A DNA stretch of 26,615 bases from a virus (lineage: Duplodnaviria; Caudoviricetes), in IMG/VR virus record IMGVR_UViG_3300020043_002699, positions 1 to 26,615 of that record, one strand, 5' to 3'. The position numbers and the translations under genes were made by a program. The notes beneath the pieces were generated by a model. That model was not told the origin of the DNA and made no database searches. It saw only the letters and a list, made by a program, of their open reading frames with translations. Position 1 is the stretch's first letter. Every line of letters begins with the position of its first letter. Below are positions 23,718-26,615 of this stretch, in pieces.

Positions 23718-24011
23718 ATGAAAAAATTAGTATCACTTGAAAAGCGTGTTGAGAAACTACTCAAACAGGCGAAGAAATACCGCAACGATAACAAAGCACT
23801 TTGTGTGAAGATATGGCAAGACCAATTCGCAGAGCGTAAAGACATCACAAGCAACTTCTTTGCTATGTATGAACTTGGTAAGTACACGACAGCCGACAAC
23901 ATCACACGCATAGCGCGATTAGTTAAGGAACGCAATCCAGAACTACGCGGAACGAACCACGAAGAAAACAAGAAGAAAGAGCAGTTGATTAAACCACTAT
24001 TGAAAAAATGA
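23718..24011 (+). CDS. Hypothetical protein (97 aa)
   Basis: RNDNK.L...IW and ITR..R......PELRG motifs, common in phage proteins. Confidence 0.75.
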   Translation: MKKLVSLEKRVEKLLKQAKKYRNDNKALCVKIWQDQFAERKDITSNFFAMYELGKYTTADNITRIARLVKERNPELRGTNHEENKKKEQLIKPLLKK

Positions 24012-24247
24012 ACAAACAAATCTATTCAACACCATTCGGTCGCCTCGTCAAAAGTCAATTTAAGACGATGCACAACTTCAAGAACGTCTTGCGCATCAGC
24101 GACCCAACGGCACGACTTTACGTTGCACATCCAGAGCGAATGAGAATGAAAGACTTCAACAACATTTGTCTGCACACAGGATTGTCACGCGAAGAAGTAT
24201 TCAGCACATTTACACCAACAATTTTAATAAACGAAGAAAATGACTAA
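24008..24247 (+). CDS. Putative Cro/XRE-like HTH protein (79 aa)
   Basis: FKNVLRISDPTARLYVAHP is HTH-like; gene is coupled to neighbours. Confidence 0.5.
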   Translation: MNKQIYSTPFGRLVKSQFKTMHNFKNVLRISDPTARLYVAHPERMRMKDFNNICLHTGLSREEVFSTFTPTILINEEND

Positions 24248-24773
24248 CGAACAAATAAGACAGCAAATAGTAGATATGATACCGTTTGCACACATGGAAC
24301 GCTTTGAAACACTATGGACAATGCTTACTCCGAAATATGAACGTTTGAGCAGCGAACAAATCAAACAACAACAGGAACTCGAAAACGAGCGTGAGATATT
24401 CTGGAGCGCACTTGAAGACGTTGTTTGTAGCGTTGTGGGTATTCAGTCTCAAATGCTTTACACACCAACAAGAAGACGCGAGATAGTGACAGCACGACAA
24501 ATTATTTTCTTTTTAATTCGTCCTTGTTACTTTCAGTCTTTCGAATCAATTGGTAAGCACTACGGAAAGGATCACGCGACAGTAATGCACGGAATCAAAC
24601 AAGCGACTTGGCAGATTGAGTGCGACAAAGCCTACGCGGCAACTGTTGAACGTATCTGTGAATTGATGAACGCGATGGGTTATGCTAAACCTATTAAATT
24701 TTTCACTAAGTTTGTTGAACACTTAGAGCACCAAAAACAACTAGAAGCAAAAAGAAAAGCCAAATTAAAATAA
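24240..24773 (+). CDS. DnaA C-terminal (domain IV) HTH protein lacking the AAA+ domain
   Basis: RRREIVTARQIIFFL...SFESIGKHYGKDHATVMHG matches the DnaA signature R.R.I..ARQ...IG..FG.DH.TV.H. Confidence 0.85.
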   Translation: MTNEQIRQQIVDMIPFAHMERFETLWTMLTPKYERLSSEQIKQQQELENEREIFWSALEDVVCSVVGIQSQMLYTPTRRREIVTARQIIFFLIRPCYFQSFESIGKHYGKDHATVMHGIKQATWQIECDKAYAATVERICELMNAMGYAKPIKFFTKFVEHLEHQKQLEAKRKAKLK

Positions 24774-24792
24774 ACCTTAAAATCAAAAATCT

Positions 24793-24987
24793 ATGAGCGA
24801 CTATTGCCGTTATTGCGATTCAGACCAAATTGAAGAACGCATTGAAGAAATCAAAAGAACAAACAGAAAATATCGTGACTGGGACGACAGCGACGTGCAG
24901 GAACTATTCGAAGATGAAATAGGTCTTTGTTACGAATGCACACGCGAAGAAGACGCTGACGATTACAAAGGGGAGGGTTGGGACTAA
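24793..24987 (+). CDS. Small acidic protein with two CxxC pairs (64 aa)
   Basis: CRYC ... CYEC; strong A-rich leader. Confidence 0.7.
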   Translation: MSDYCRYCDSDQIEERIEEIKRTNRKYRDWDDSDVQELFEDEIGLCYECTREEDADDYKGEGWD

Positions 24988-25181
24988 TGATACCATTTCA
25001 CAAATCAATCAAATGTTACCGTTTGTTCTATGGTTATAAACAGGAATACCTCGCGTATAAGTTAGGAATCGAACAATCGAATTACTGCCTACGCGAAAAC
25101 GGAATAACCAATTTCAAAGACCACGAAATTGAGATACTAAAAGAACTTTTTAAAATAGAAATCAGAGAGGAGAAATTATAA
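24987..25181 (+). CDS. XRE-family HTH regulator
   Basis: GYKQEYLAYKLGIEQSNYCLRENG; start placed at the TAATG overlap. Confidence 0.8.
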   Translation: MIPFHKSIKCYRLFYGYKQEYLAYKLGIEQSNYCLRENGITNFKDHEIEILKELFKIEIREEKL

Positions 25182-25603
25182 TGCTAATACTACAACTAAA
25201 AAAGAGAATCGAGATTCTCGAAGCGCAAATAAAGGAACAAGACCAAAAGATAAACGATATTCTTATTCGCTTATCCGTTCCACAGGCTAACCTTCCAGTA
25301 CCAACAAAAGAAAAAAAGACTGCGTTCGTTAAACCAACGGTTGTTGAAATCTACGAATACGCCTGCGAAAAGTTAAGCAACGACGACGCGCTTAAATTTA
25401 CCGAGAAATTCCACGCTCACTACGAAGCGAATGGTTGGAAGGTGGGAAGGAACGCGATGAAGGACTGGAAGGCTGCCGTTCGCAAGTGGGACTTATCTAC
25501 CTTTGTAACTACAAACCAACAAACAAAAATCAAAAATGGAAAATTCGATTCAGACGCTGCGCAACGCATCTACAACGACGCTCACAACTACACAAAGGGT
25601 TGA
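25181..25603 (+). CDS. Replication-initiator C-terminal-like domain protein
   Basis: F.KPT..E...Y and F..HYEANGWKVGRN.MKDWKAAVR.W motifs, preceded by a coiled coil. Confidence 0.7.
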   Translation: MLILQLKKRIEILEAQIKEQDQKINDILIRLSVPQANLPVPTKEKKTAFVKPTVVEIYEYACEKLSNDDALKFTEKFHAHYEANGWKVGRNAMKDWKAAVRKWDLSTFVTTNQQTKIKNGKFDSDAAQRIYNDAHNYTKG

Positions 25604-26291
25604 TCGTGCGGAAAGAGAAAGCGCATTTGTAGCCGACTACGACTTGCCAACTTTCGTCAAGTTATGCTCAAAGGTTTGCGCTATGTACGGAATAGCACTT
25701 CCAGAAGCGCAACTGTTGCAAATGCTGCACGAGTTCATAGGTAAACACTTTCGTTGGGTTACGTTTGAACACTTCAATCTCGCGTTTGAATTGAACGCAG
25801 CGAATGAACTGACAAAGAAGTGTGAGCACTTCGGAGCGTTGAGCGTGTCGTTTATTGGTGACGTGCTCACCCATTACAAACCACACCGCGACAAAGCGAA
25901 CTTACAAATACAGCGTGAAATAGCGCAATCAATTGAGGAAAAATCACAATTAATAAAGGAGAATGAAATGGCGGTGAATGACGACAGTTGGAGACGAATG
26001 TTGAAAGAAGATATAGACAGCTTCAAACAAGGCAAAATGACGACGTTAGAATTGCGAGGTGTGTCAATGATGCGATGGCTCGAAGAAAGTAAGCGTATAA
26101 CCGCTGAAACGTTTACAGACGACGAATACAATCTTTGCAAAGCGAAGGCAAGAAAGACAGTCTTCAACGAACAGCAACTTTCAAAAGGAATGGTTGAGCG
26201 AATGAGTGACCGCAAACGTCAGCTACTCAAAGAATCGATTCAGTTCGAAGGCTTCCGTGAACTTTACAAACTTTATTTGTCAAAGCAATGA
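25536..26291 (+). CDS. Hypothetical replication protein (possible helicase loader)
   Basis: Sits directly after the initiator-like gene; LAFEL..A...EHFG..S..FI..VL motif. Function inferred from position only. Confidence 0.45.
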   Translation: MENSIQTLRNASTTTLTTTQRVDRAERESAFVADYDLPTFVKLCSKVCAMYGIALPEAQLLQMLHEFIGKHFRWVTFEHFNLAFELNAANELTKKCEHFGALSVSFIGDVLTHYKPHRDKANLQIQREIAQSIEEKSQLIKENEMAVNDDSWRRMLKEDIDSFKQGKMTTLELRGVSMMRWLEESKRITAETFTDDEYNLCKAKARKTVFNEQQLSKGMVERMSDRKRQLLKESIQFEGFRELYKLYLSKQ

Positions 26292-26615
26292 ATCACGGAT
26301 CGTTGTTTAGCGGAATAGGTGGCTTCGATTTAGCCGCTGAATGGATGGGGTGGAACAATACATTTCATTGTGAATGGATGCCTTTCCCTCGCAAAGTTTT
26401 AAATCATTATTGGCCAAACTCAATTAGTTATGAAGACATTACAAAGACAGATTTCACTATTCACCGAGGAACAATTGACATACTCACAGGAGGATTTCCT
26501 TGCCAACCATACTCAAGCGCAGGTAAGCGACTTGGGAAAGAGGACGAGCGACACCTCTGGCCGCATATGCTCAGAGTCATTTCAGAAGTTAAACCAACCT
26601 ACGTCGTGGGCGAAA
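26288..26615 (+). CDS. DNA (cytosine-5)-methyltransferase, 3' truncated by the window edge
   Basis: Motif I SLFSGIGGFD, catalytic motif IV GGFPCQPYS and the start of motif VI (VVGE). Confidence 0.95.
   Translation, partial: MNHGSLFSGIGGFDLAAEWMGWNNTFHCEWMPFPRKVLNHYWPNSISYEDITKTDFTIHRGTIDILTGGFPCQPYSSAGKRLGKEDERHLWPHMLRVISEVKPTYVVGE

Noticed and set aside
21193-26215. Minus-strand ORFs and short out-of-frame plus ORFs (21206, 25435) in the early region
   Set aside because: Shadow or overlapping frames of better-supported genes, with no motif support.
1-26615. Alternative genetic code or stop-codon reassignment
   Set aside because: Standard code 11 gives dense, uninterrupted ORFs, and TAA, TGA and TAG all terminate genes.

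Overview
This window is most of the genome of a tailed (probably siphovirus-type) dsDNA phage. The host is probably in the Bacteroidota: there are TAnnTTTG promoters, A-rich start regions without Shine-Dalgarno motifs, and the gene families look like those of Flavobacteria-type phages. The minus strand (20962 to 1) carries VRR-NUC nuclease, a sigma-like factor, small terminase, a tail chaperone with a -1 frameshift, a tail-terminator/fibre fusion, tail proteins, tape measure, prohead protease fused to a DUF3140-like domain, scaffold, major capsid, tail tube, portal, adaptor, GH24 endolysin and a holin-like gene. The plus strand (21070 to end) carries small early genes, an SSB-like protein, a stand-alone DnaA domain-IV protein, HTH proteins, replication proteins and a truncated C5 DNA methyltransferase. 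No large terminase, integrase, tRNA, CRISPR array or reverse transcriptase is visible. Most notable unannotated signals: (1) a ~70-nt antisense transcription unit inside the head operon, complementary to the start regions of the phage's own early genes; (2) a 51-aa protein ending in a copy of the ribonucleotide reductase alpha-subunit redox tail; (3) an attenuator/pseudoknot-like leader; (4) an A10 slippery run at the portal domain boundary. All family calls come from motif recognition by eye; no database searches were run.
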